NCBI GenBank assembly: GCA_903944135.1
Contig: CAJAQL010000029.1
Location: forward strand, 1,487 to 65,486
Length of the DNA: 64,000 nucleotides
Source: an uncultured Parcubacteria group bacterium
Lineage (GTDB): Bacteria > Patescibacteriota > Minisyncoccia > UBA6257 > 2-01-FULL-56-20
Direction: 5' to 3'
The position numbers were made by a program, and so were the translations under genes. This document shows positions 28,374 to 36,932 of the stretch, in pieces. The notes beneath the pieces are model-generated. The model did no database searches. It saw nothing but the letters and a program-made list of their open reading frames with translations, and was not told the DNA's origin. The stretch's first letter is position 1, and every line of letters begins with the position of its first letter.

Positions 28374-29465
28374 ATGATCTGCAAAAAACATCCGCAGTAC
28401 CAGGGACGCAACAAGCCTACGTCCACCTGTAAGACCTGCTGGGCGCTCTTCGACGAAGTCTCCGCCAAGGTGAAAAAGTTCTCCAAGGCGCAAGACGACA
28501 AGAAGAAGCGTGCCGAGCGCGCTGAAACCACGTCAACCCTCAACGAAGCCCTCAACAAGATAGAGGGGTTGGAGGCCTACGTTACCGCCATCACAACGCT
28601 TCAAAACGCGAATTCCACCACCATCATCGAACCCCGCCAGGGAACCAACACTTCCGAGGCTGTGGCCGTGGCGGTGGCAACGGACTGGCACCTTGGATCC
28701 CGCATCCGTCCCGAACAGGTGAGCGGGCTCAACACATTCGATGTCGCCATCTGCAAGGAGCGCGTCAAGACGTTCTTCGAGCGCATCGTGCGCCTCACCA
28801 AAAAGGAGCGGCAGGATGTCAATATCGACGAGCTGGTTCTTTTTCTGGGAGGCGACCTCATCGACGGGATGCTCCATCTGGATACCATTCAGTCCAATGA
28901 GATCGCTGAGCCCATCCACCAGGCGGTGCTCTGCCAGGAGCTCATCGAGGCAGGGCTCACCTTCCTCCAGAACAACGGCGGCTTCAAACGCATTACGGTT
29001 GCCTGCTGCGACGGAAACCATGGCCGCATCACCCAAAAAATGCACGCAACCTCACGCCAGGGAAACGCGCTCGAGTATTTCATGTACTACAACATCGCTC
29101 ACCGATTTCCCGACATCAATTGGCTGATGGCGGACGGACTGTTCGTCTATCTCGACGTGCTGGGGCACAAGATCCGCTTCCATCACGGCGACACCATCAG
29201 TTTTGGCGGCGTGCAGGGACCGTACATGTATCTGAACCGCCGCATCTACCAATGGGACCAGGCGAATCCTGCGGAATACTCCGTGCAGGGACACCTGCAT
29301 TGCTACACCATCGGTACGCGCCGGTGGCTCATCAACGGATCGCTCGTCGGCTATTCGCCGTACGCCATAACCTTCGGGGGAGAGTTCCAACCCCCCATCC
29401 AGGCGTTCTTCCTGATGGACAAGAAACGCGGCGTCACGGTTCAGATACCGATCCTTCTCGGATAG
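28374..29465 (+). CDS. Zn-ribbon plus calcineurin-like metallophosphoesterase (SbcD/Mre11-like signature)
   Basis: N-terminal CKKHPQ...CKTCW; then ATDWHLG (motif I), GGDLIDG (II), CDGNHG (III), FHHGD and QGHLHC (the His motifs). AAGGAG RBS. Confidence 0.55.
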   Translation: MICKKHPQYQGRNKPTSTCKTCWALFDEVSAKVKKFSKAQDDKKKRAERAETTSTLNEALNKIEGLEAYVTAITTLQNANSTTIIEPRQGTNTSEAVAVAVATDWHLGSRIRPEQVSGLNTFDVAICKERVKTFFERIVRLTKKERQDVNIDELVLFLGGDLIDGMLHLDTIQSNEIAEPIHQAVLCQELIEAGLTFLQNNGGFKRITVACCDGNHGRITQKMHATSRQGNALEYFMYYNIAHRFPDINWLMADGLFVYLDVLGHKIRFHHGDTISFGGVQGPYMYLNRRIYQWDQANPAEYSVQGHLHCYTIGTRRWLINGSLVGYSPYAITFGGEFQPPIQAFFLMDKKRGVTVQIPILLG

Positions 29466-29486
29466 TTCTTTGCATGAACCAACGCT

Positions 29487-29520
29487 GGGTGCCGCACCGA
29501 AAAGCGGCACCCTTTTATTT
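29487..29520 (+). terminator. Rho-independent terminator
   Basis: GGGTGCCGCaccgaaaaGCGGCACCC followed by ttttattt. Confidence 0.7.
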
Positions 29521-29566
29521 CACTCCGAAACAAAATGGACGCGCCTGCTAAAAGGAGGTTGAGGCA

Positions 29567-29719
29567 TGAAACCGAACCTGAAATTTCATTGTCCGCATTG
29601 TCACAAAAAACTGGCATTAAAGGAGTTCAAGTTTTATCCCAAATCGCTCACGGTGATATGGGAATGCAGGTTCTGTAACAATTTTTACCGTTTGAACCTC
29701 AGATCGCCGGGGAGGTAAC
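29567..29719 (+). CDS. Small zinc-ribbon protein (50 aa; below the ORF-track length threshold)
   Basis: MKPNLKFHCPHCHKKLALKEFKFYPKSLTVIWECRFCNNFYRLNLRSPGR has CPHC...CRFC. A strong AAGGAGG RBS lies 7 nt upstream. Confidence 0.5.
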
Positions 29720-29934
29720 AACAGTGCGTCGAAAAAGGAAATGTTCCTTGCGGCCAGCTAAGAGTCCGAATTTGAAAAAAATTCAAAGAGTTGATTTCGG
29801 GGTCGTGCCACCATCGCGGCCCCCTTTCATCTTTTTCTGCGCATCGGTCTGTCTCAGTGCTGGATCAGTATTATTAGTCATGCTTGGGATGCAGTTTCCA
29901 TGCCGAAGGAGAAACCTGTATAATAAACAATAAT

Positions 29935-30678
29935 ATGCTGCTTATAAAAAATCTTTCGAAGCAGTTCGGCGCATTGAAAGCAGTCGATGATATTTCCTTT
30001 GAAGTAAAAGACGGCGAAATTTTTTGCATCATCGGGCCGAATGGGGCAGGGAAGACGACCATTATAAAAACAACGGTCGGACTTCTCGCCCCCGACAAAG
30101 GAACGATAACGGTTGGCGGCAAGGATGTCGTTTTGTTCCCCCAGGCAACAAAATCGATCATCGGATATATTCCCGACGATCCCTCCGTGTGGCCGGGAAT
30201 GACAGGGGAGGAATTTCTGCATTTCGTGGGAACGCTTTTCGGCGTCCCCGAACAGGAACGGATGGAGCGCGTTAAAAAGCTTCTTTCAATCTTCGAGCTC
30301 GAGGGCATCGAAAAGAATTACTTCGAAACCTACTCGCGCGGCAATAAGCAAAAGTTTTCGATCCTTGCGGCGCTGCTCCATAAGCCAAAGCTTCTGCTTG
30401 TCGATGAGCCGGTCGTCGGCCTTGATCCATTGAGCGTACGGCGCGCGAAGGATCTTTTTGTCCGGCTTGCGAAAGATGAGGGCGTCAGCATTTTCATCGC
30501 AACGCATACGCTTTCATTTGCGCAGGAGGTCGCCGACCAGGTCGGCGTCATGGATCACGGGCGTATGATCGCGCGCGGCACGGTCGATGAACTTCGCGCG
30601 AAGGCGAAACTCCATAACGAGACGACCCTTGAAGATATTTATCTTGCCCTGACCGGCAATTCTTTCCCGAGCGCATGA
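29935..30678 (+). CDS. ABC transporter ATP-binding protein
   Basis: Walker A GPNGAGKTT, the signature YSRGNKQKFS, and Walker B LLLVDEP. Confidence 0.9.
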   Translation: MLLIKNLSKQFGALKAVDDISFEVKDGEIFCIIGPNGAGKTTIIKTTVGLLAPDKGTITVGGKDVVLFPQATKSIIGYIPDDPSVWPGMTGEEFLHFVGTLFGVPEQERMERVKKLLSIFELEGIEKNYFETYSRGNKQKFSILAALLHKPKLLLVDEPVVGLDPLSVRRAKDLFVRLAKDEGVSIFIATHTLSFAQEVADQVGVMDHGRMIARGTVDELRAKAKLHNETTLEDIYLALTGNSFPSA

Positions 30679-32369
30679 TCGGATCTTTTCTACGGCTTAG
30701 CATGAAAGGAGTGAAGGGCTATTTCTCGCGGCACACCATTCCAAAGCTCATCACCGTATTTCTTTTTGTTCTTATCGTGATCGGCGTTGCCACCGTAGTA
30801 TTCTGGGGCGTCCGTTTGGGATTCACCTCAATAAAGAACCAAACCTATGGACGCCAGACATTATCTCTTTATGTCTACGAGGAGTTCTTCCTCGTTCTCG
30901 GATATTTGATGTTTGCGAGCGCCATCGTGTCGGGGCTTTTTACGCTCTTTCGCGGAGGCACGGATAATTGGATCGTCGCTTCTCCGCGATATAAATCGGT
31001 GATCCTCCGGGCGGGGTTCGGCATCCTTGATTCCGCCACGGGAACGCTCTTCGTTATCGGCATCCCCGCGGTCCTTGCACTCGCAGGGGTCTATGGCGGC
31101 GGAGCAATATCCATTCCTTCGGCCATCATTGCTCTCTTGCTGCTTACCCTGATCACTTCGGGTTCGGCGATGGTCGTCATTTTGCTTTTTGCGACGGTGC
31201 TCTATTACTTCCGCGGTCCGACGTGGCGTGCGTTGCAGGTGAAATGGCTTGCCGTGCTCTCCGGTCTTTTTATGGCGACGTTCACGTACGTACTTGTGCG
31301 AACGATCGTCGGGATGAATATCTTATCCCTCTTTGTTTCCGGATCGATCACCGCGACCGAGGCGAATATCGACGGTATCGTCGCCGCATTCCGCTGGTTT
31401 CCCACCACCGTCGTCGCCATCATGATGCTCGCGCTGCAGAACCATGCGTGGGCACTGGCATGGTCCTCTATCGGTTGGCTCGCAGCCATGGTCGTTTTTA
31501 TACTGCTCATCATTTATCTTTTCTCCTTCAAATTTCTAAAATTATGGCAGGGCCTTCAGGAGGGAAGTTTCGAGGCGCGCACGTCGACCAATACCATACA
31601 TAAATCTCCTCGCGCATTTCCCCGTTTTCTAAAAACCGATCTCGGCGCTCTCTTCGAGAAGGAAGTGATCGTAAATTTCCGAAGTACCCGCGATTCCCTG
31701 TGGATCGTTTTTATCCTTGGCCTCTGGGTGCTCCAGATGGCGCTCAATGTTTTTCTGCGGAGGAACGGCGCGGATTACGGCACGAGCGAGATAAATATCC
31801 TTGCCGCTATTCAGGCGTTGCAAGTGGTGACCACGGTGTTCTTTACCAGCACATTCGCGTTGCGCTTCGTGCTTCCGTCATTTAGCAGCGATCGTCGCAT
31901 GTCGTGGATCATGGGAACATCGCCGATCACGCCTCGACGGATATTCTTTTCGAAGCTCGGTTTCTATATCATCACTTTTTTGATATTGGGAATCGGCGTG
32001 GGGATCGCCAATGCCTCTCTTCTTGGGATCTCGCTCGTGGCAGAGGGGATGTTCCTGTTGCTCCTTGCGGTCATGATCATTGCAATAACAGCCTTCGCCC
32101 TAAGTGTCGGTGCGCTGTTTCCCGACACTGAATCCGATGATCCGGAGATCGTCAGCACGTCCCTTCCCGGTCTTGGCTTCACGTTCATCGCGCTCGCATA
32201 CGGGGGAGTAGGTGCATGGCTGTATTACATTTTCTTAAAAACATCCCAAGGGGCGGGTGTTTATTCCTTTATCGTCGGTTCCGTGATCCTTGTCATTCTT
32301 ATGGTAATGGCCGCTTCAACTCGATTAAAGACATTCAATCCTTTTAGCGATGAGGTAGGCGGGGCATAG
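30675..32369 (+). CDS. ABC-2 type transporter permease (large, more than 12 TM)
   Basis: 564 aa, polytopic, translationally coupled to the ATPase (ATGA overlap). Confidence 0.6.
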   Translation: MIGSFLRLSMKGVKGYFSRHTIPKLITVFLFVLIVIGVATVVFWGVRLGFTSIKNQTYGRQTLSLYVYEEFFLVLGYLMFASAIVSGLFTLFRGGTDNWIVASPRYKSVILRAGFGILDSATGTLFVIGIPAVLALAGVYGGGAISIPSAIIALLLLTLITSGSAMVVILLFATVLYYFRGPTWRALQVKWLAVLSGLFMATFTYVLVRTIVGMNILSLFVSGSITATEANIDGIVAAFRWFPTTVVAIMMLALQNHAWALAWSSIGWLAAMVVFILLIIYLFSFKFLKLWQGLQEGSFEARTSTNTIHKSPRAFPRFLKTDLGALFEKEVIVNFRSTRDSLWIVFILGLWVLQMALNVFLRRNGADYGTSEINILAAIQALQVVTTVFFTSTFALRFVLPSFSSDRRMSWIMGTSPITPRRIFFSKLGFYIITFLILGIGVGIANASLLGISLVAEGMFLLLLAVMIIAITAFALSVGALFPDTESDDPEIVSTSLPGLGFTFIALAYGGVGAWLYYIFLKTSQGAGVYSFIVGSVILVILMVMAASTRLKTFNPFSDEVGGA

Positions 32370-32525
32370 AAATTCTGGATCAGAGAAGAAATATAAGGCA
32401 CCGCGTTAAGGGTTTATGCAGGAGAAATGGCAGTATGCGTTCAGTGAGCGAAATATCAGACGGTACAGGATACTAATATTAAGGAGACTTTCCAAGGGTT
32501 GCTTTTTTATTTTTCGGCTATACAC

Positions 32526-32609
32526 TAATAATAGTGAGTAATCATTTAGCTGGTAATGAGATCATATTTTATAATGGTTATCTTTAATTGAGGATACTCA
32601 CTATTATTA
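32526..32609. promoter_or_regulatory. Perfect 15-bp inverted repeats flanking a 54-bp -10-bearing segment, upstream of the island's first gene
   Basis: taataatagtgagta (32526-40) ... tactcactattatta (32595-609). The spacer contains ttttataatgg. Confidence 0.5.
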
Positions 32610-32635
32610 TAAAAATTAAAAACCCTAATAAAAAT

Positions 32636-32863
32636 ATGGAGGAAACGTTAGAAGCAATAAAAAAGCGGTTGGATGTTATGGTCCATCTCATGATTCAAAA
32701 AAAAGGGGCCGATTCTGAGGCTCGTTCGCTTAGGGATCAAATTGAGTTGCTGTCTAGTTTTGGATTAAAGCCAAAAGAAATTGCTGAGATTTTAAGTAAG
32801 ACGGGAAAACATGTTAATAAGGAACTCTCCGGAATCCGTAAGATCAAAAAGAGCAAGAAATAA
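32636..32863 (+). CDS. Small HTH protein, paralog 1 of 5 (lysine-rich tail)
   Basis: 75 aa; ...LLSSFGLKPKEIAEILSKTGKHVNKELSGIRKIKKSKK. HTH-like helix-turn-helix pattern. AT-rich codons. Confidence 0.5.
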   Translation: MEETLEAIKKRLDVMVHLMIQKKGADSEARSLRDQIELLSSFGLKPKEIAEILSKTGKHVNKELSGIRKIKKSKK

Positions 32864-32864
32864 A

Positions 32865-33035
32865 ATGCCTATAAAAAAGAAGACAACAGAGGAGTTGCTG
32901 CAAGATTTAATAATTCTTGAATTGGCAAAAGCTGGAGTTTCGCAACCCGAGATTAGAAAAATCATTGGAGTCGATATGTATCGTGTTAATAGAATCGCGC
33001 GCCACTTTAACAAATCAAAGAAAAAGAATACATGA
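32865..33035 (+). CDS. Small HTH protein, paralog 2
   Basis: 56 aa; EELLQDLIILELAKAGVSQPEIRKIIGVDMYRVNRIARHFNKSKKKNT. Starts 2 nt after the paralog 1 stop. Confidence 0.5.
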   Translation: MPIKKKTTEELLQDLIILELAKAGVSQPEIRKIIGVDMYRVNRIARHFNKSKKKNT

Positions 33036-33232
33036 CATCTGATCAAAAAGTTTCATTTGAAAAGTTAGATAGGATTACCGATTCGCTAGAAAGATTAGAA
33101 GTAGTTAATTTATATCTGAATACCGACTTGGATCATCATGCCATAGCTCGGAAATTGGGTATAGGTACTCAACGAGCAACAGGGATTCTTAAGGGTTTTA
33201 AAAAATTAAAAACCAAGAAAGATGGAAAATAA
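33032..33232 (+). CDS. Small HTH protein, paralog 3
   Basis: 66 aa; LERLEVVNLYLNTDLDHHAIARKLGIGTQRATGILKGFKKLKTKKDGK. Start/stop overlap ATGA with paralog 2. Confidence 0.5.
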   Translation: MTSDQKVSFEKLDRITDSLERLEVVNLYLNTDLDHHAIARKLGIGTQRATGILKGFKKLKTKKDGK

Positions 33233-33473
33233 GGGTAATACTCCAAATTCTCTGCTCCGCGAACAACTCAATGTGATTATTGCGTTATTGTTGATTATTA
33301 TCGGAGAGGAAGGTCAAAAAGAATTGCTTAAGAAGAGACGGGCAAATCGGGACTTAATTAAATATCTCCATACGCAGTTTAAATTTAACAATAAAGATCT
33401 CTCTGGAATTTTCAATAGTGCAGAGAATAGTATTGCAAATATGAAGGCGGGTAAAAAAAATAAGAAAAAATAA
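33222..33473 (+). CDS. Small HTH protein, paralog 4
   Basis: 83 aa; ...LIKYLHTQFKFNNKDLSGIFNSAENSIANMKAGKKNKKK. Overlaps paralog 3 by 11 nt. Confidence 0.45.
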   Translation: MENKGNTPNSLLREQLNVIIALLLIIIGEEGQKELLKKRRANRDLIKYLHTQFKFNNKDLSGIFNSAENSIANMKAGKKNKKK

Positions 33474-33474
33474 C

Positions 33475-33675
33475 ATGGATTCAAAAACCGACCGATTATT
33501 GGAAGAGATTAAAAAACTCCTAATTCTCCAGTTGGTAAAGGGTGGGGCGCCTGCTTCAATAGAGGAAGTCGGAGACTCTCTGGGCATTACGGGGAGGACG
33601 GTTCGTAATATCGCTACCTCCTCCAAGAAGCCAAGGAAAAATAATTCCGTACATAAGCAAAAAGGAAGGAAATAG
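33475..33675 (+). CDS. Small HTH protein, paralog 5
   Basis: 66 aa; LLEEIKKLLILQLVKGGAPASIEEVGDSLGITGRTVRNIATSSKKPRKNN. Confidence 0.5.
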   Translation: MDSKTDRLLEEIKKLLILQLVKGGAPASIEEVGDSLGITGRTVRNIATSSKKPRKNNSVHKQKGRK

Positions 33676-33685
33676 CTTTTATAAA

Positions 33686-34408
33686 ATGGCTCGCCCCCGA
33701 ATCCTTGACGAAAAGATAATGTGTAAGATTGCCAAGAAAATTGGTAAGCGTGATGTTGTAGCAATAAATCAAATGGTGAGTAATAAGGCGGCAAAATTAG
33801 GGATCTCAGCAGAAGCCGCCTTAATCTTATTAGCCAAACAGTATGGAGTAGGCTTTTCTACATATCAAAGGAAATTAGATCCAACTAAACAGGCCGAAGT
33901 TAGAGACGCCCTCCCGATAGTTTTTGCGCAAAATATTCGGGGTAAGAGTGGTGTTTTAAGTAAAAGTTCTAAGGTTGTTCAAACTACCACCAAAAGAACT
34001 GCGTTAAAATTCGCTATTGATTATCTGATTCAAGATCAAGAATTAAAAAGCAGATGCACGGATATCCTTCTAGCTTCATCAAATTTTGATAGACCCATTA
34101 ATCAGGCCACGCTTATACTCGAGGATCGAATAAGGAGAAAAGCTCAGCCTAAACAAAAATTGGTTGGAGAAAATTTGGTTGGATATGCATTCAATGAAGA
34201 TTTATCCAAAACAGTATTAGTTGTAGCTAGCAATGACCCCGAAGATCAGCGTGGGTTTACTCAAATTTTACGGGGGATTGTGCCCGCCTTTCGCAATAAA
34301 ACCCATCATCACGTAATAACCAATTTCTCAAGGGAAGATGCGATACGTGTCTGCGGGTTCATTGACGTATTATTACGCGTAGTTGATGGCGCTTCTAAAA
34401 TAAGATAA
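33686..34408 (+). CDS. HEPN-like protein (Ymh/TIGR02391-like C-terminal domain, from memory)
   Basis: 240 aa. The C-terminal ...GFTQILRGIVPAFRNKTHHHVITNFSREDAIRV has an R-x4-H motif followed by an acidic helix, as in HEPN RNase domains. Confidence 0.5.
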   Translation: MARPRILDEKIMCKIAKKIGKRDVVAINQMVSNKAAKLGISAEAALILLAKQYGVGFSTYQRKLDPTKQAEVRDALPIVFAQNIRGKSGVLSKSSKVVQTTTKRTALKFAIDYLIQDQELKSRCTDILLASSNFDRPINQATLILEDRIRRKAQPKQKLVGENLVGYAFNEDLSKTVLVVASNDPEDQRGFTQILRGIVPAFRNKTHHHVITNFSREDAIRVCGFIDVLLRVVDGASKIR

Positions 34409-34415
34409 TAAATCT

Positions 34416-35186
34416 ATGCTAGGGCAAATTGGAAATCGAGGAAATCAGAGACGAGTAGCTTATCGCCTTTCGCCACCTGCTCAATTTTATTCAACTAGTC
34501 TAACTCGCGAAGCGGAGGGGTCAGATTTTTATCCCGAATATAGAATTTTTTTACAGACTATAGAAGCGATAAACAGTTTTAGTTCTCAATATCGGATAGG
34601 GAGAGTCGGCGCGCGTGGTGGTCCAGCGACGCATTCCCAACAAGACCTCTACCGAGCTATGCTTGTTTTTGCGTGCGCCGGTCTAGATTTTCTGGTTAAA
34701 CAATTACTTAAAACCAAATTGACAAGATTAATAGCCACAGATTCAGGAGCAAAGCTAAAGTTCAAGGAATTTGTTCGGCGAGGTCTTGATAAAGATCCCA
34801 GGGAGATTATGAATCTTGCCGCGCTTATATTTACAGAAGAAAGTCCTCGGGATTTACTCTTGAGCGAATATATAAAAAGTTTAACGGGAGATAGTTTACA
34901 ATCCGTTGAACAATTGCTAAAAGTGTCCGGAGCATCTGGTTTAGATCAACAGGCAATTTTTAGCCGTGATAGAATGAATGCCTTAAAAGATGCCTTTATT
35001 GTTAGGAATCAAATTATTCACGAAATGGATATTAATGTTGATGGTCCGAGAGACCAAGGATATAGAACACGGCGACAAAGACGTGCCACGGAGATTGAAG
35101 AATACACAAAAGACATTCTCGATTTAGGGCATGATTTATTTGTTGCGTACAAAGTAAAACTTGGCGTTAGGGGTGGTACCAGATAG
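34416..35186 (+). CDS. Second HEPN-like protein (Rx4H motif), family unassigned
   Basis: 256 aa. C-terminal ...ALKDAFIVRNQIIHEMD (R-N-x3-H-E). No similarity to the preceding protein outside the motif. Confidence 0.45.
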   Translation: MLGQIGNRGNQRRVAYRLSPPAQFYSTSLTREAEGSDFYPEYRIFLQTIEAINSFSSQYRIGRVGARGGPATHSQQDLYRAMLVFACAGLDFLVKQLLKTKLTRLIATDSGAKLKFKEFVRRGLDKDPREIMNLAALIFTEESPRDLLLSEYIKSLTGDSLQSVEQLLKVSGASGLDQQAIFSRDRMNALKDAFIVRNQIIHEMDINVDGPRDQGYRTRRQRRATEIEEYTKDILDLGHDLFVAYKVKLGVRGGTR

Positions 35187-35425
35187 GAGTTTGGCGAACC
35201 CAATAGACTTACGTGAGGGATAGCGCTGTGGTCCGAATGTCATCTAAAGAGCCCACGGGGATTTACCATTCCCCCTATTACGGAATCAGACTCATTCATC
35301 TCTGGGTATGCTGGGTTCGTAAAAAGTACGATTTCATTTAGTCATTTACACCTATTTAACGATGGTATAAGTTATCGAGTTATGCACAGTTGTTGTCGCT
35401 GATATAATAAAGACGCCAATCTAAT

Positions 35426-35498
35426 GGGCCCGTCGTATAGCGGTCTATTATTCGTGGTTGTCATCCACAGGACTCGGGTTCGAATCCCGACGGGTCCA
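35426..35498 (+). tRNA. tRNA-Asp (anticodon GTC)
   Basis: Acceptor GGGCCCG/CGGGTCC, D-loop AGCGGT, anticodon loop TTGTCAT, T-arm TCGGG-TTCGAAT-CCCGA. Confidence 0.75.
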
Positions 35499-35659
35499 CT
35501 ATTTGGCTCAAGGGATACCCCTTGAATCAGTGTTGCTATGTTTGTTATACTGTATAGCGGATGACAACCCAATTTGGTACCTTTGTTTGAGGTTTGTTTT
35601 ACTTCAAGAAGTCATGTCCCTTGAAGTGGTTAGTTTTACCCAAATAAGGGTGTCAACTG

Positions 35660-35687
35660 AAAACCGCCAGCGATGGCGGTTTTTTGG
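35660..35687 (+). terminator. Rho-independent terminator about 160 nt downstream of tRNA-Asp
   Basis: aaaaCCGCCAgcgaTGGCGGttttttgg. Confidence 0.7.
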
Positions 35688-35845
35688 TCTCAGAAAAGAA
35701 AAAGCAAATACATCCAACATCGGAAGGATTAATATATTTTCCTATATAACAGAACTGGTCACTCATGTTTGGTGATTGTACGGAAAAGCAGCGGAAGTAT
35801 TATGTTTTGTTATAGAATAATAATGATAGAGGAGCGTGAAGAAGC

Positions 35846-36721
35846 ATGAAAAATCTTCCCAGGTATTTCATTATTTCGGCGATCATGGCTGGTATTATTC
35901 TCGCATCGCTTGGCGGAGTTTATTTTTTGCGGAAACAGGGTTCCGTGAAGCCGAAGAAAACTGAAGAAACGGCGGCGATCATTTTGGATAGAAAGATAAC
36001 AATAAATACGGCGAGAATAAATCCTGTATCGATGTCGTCCGAAACGATAGCATCGACATCATTGCCGACGGCGTCATCATCTGCCGATATTTTTTCGGAG
36101 AAATTCGAGCTTTTGGGGCAGACAAGCACCATGACGTTCGGGGAAGCGTTGGCTCTCGCCGATGCTGTCGCGAGCACGACAAAGATCCGGCCGGCCTTTT
36201 TGTTGGCCATCTTGCAGGAGGAACTGGGTTTGGAGAAAACCGATCTTTGCTATCTGACGGATCTTGAAACGGGAGAGGGGATCAGGGCGGATGACGGCGC
36301 AAGCACATCGAAGACCATGGATCCCGCAAGAGATATTCCTGATTTTCTGACCATAACCAAGGCGCTCGGAAGGGATCCCTTGAAAACTTTGGTGACCTGT
36401 CCTATGAGCTTTGGCTGGGGCGGTGCGATGGGGCCCGCCGATTTCATTCCTTCCACATGGATGTCATACGGAAGTCGCGTCGCAAAGATCACCGGTGCGC
36501 CGGCCGATCCATGGAACACGAAGGATGCTTTTCTTGCCGCGGGACTGTTCCTCTCGGATTCCGGCGCATCATCCATGACGCGTACCGGAGAATGGAATGC
36601 GGCGATGATCTATTTTTCCGGTTCGGCCGATTCGGGTTATGATTTTTATGCCAATGGAGCGTTGACGATCGAGGATGAGATCGCGAAGGAGATCAAAGCG
36701 GTGCAGAACATCCGTCATTAG
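35846..36721 (+). CDS. Secreted/membrane-anchored protein, possibly transglycosylase (SLT)-like
   Basis: N-terminal TM/signal; ...FLLAILQEELGLEK... loosely resembles the SLT catalytic-Glu region. Low-complexity Ser/Thr linker. Confidence 0.3.
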   Translation: MKNLPRYFIISAIMAGIILASLGGVYFLRKQGSVKPKKTEETAAIILDRKITINTARINPVSMSSETIASTSLPTASSSADIFSEKFELLGQTSTMTFGEALALADAVASTTKIRPAFLLAILQEELGLEKTDLCYLTDLETGEGIRADDGASTSKTMDPARDIPDFLTITKALGRDPLKTLVTCPMSFGWGGAMGPADFIPSTWMSYGSRVAKITGAPADPWNTKDAFLAAGLFLSDSGASSMTRTGEWNAAMIYFSGSADSGYDFYANGALTIEDEIAKEIKAVQNIRH

Positions 36722-36932
36722 TGCGCGCCGTAGAGTAGAAATGAGGGAAGATGAAAGATAGGCTCCGTATTACCCTTTGGCCTACATGACAGAAGTCGTT
36801 CAGAATTGTCCTATTGAACTTACCGTCAGTCCTCAATCGCCGAATTGGAACTCATGTATGCGATTCACAGAAAACAAAGAGGCATGCCGTCGTGAAACGT
36901 CATGCCTCGCCAGGACCCGGTCTGTTTTTTAG

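Noticed and set aside
32526-32609. Invertible promoter (phase-variation switch) interpretation of the 15-bp IRs
   Set aside because: Kept only as a low-probability alternative. The 54-bp invertible segment is much shorter than known invertons and no invertase gene is nearby; an operator interpretation is more economical.
35458-35775. 105-aa plus-strand ORF
   Set aside because: Begins inside tRNA-Asp and runs through a non-coding stretch and terminator.
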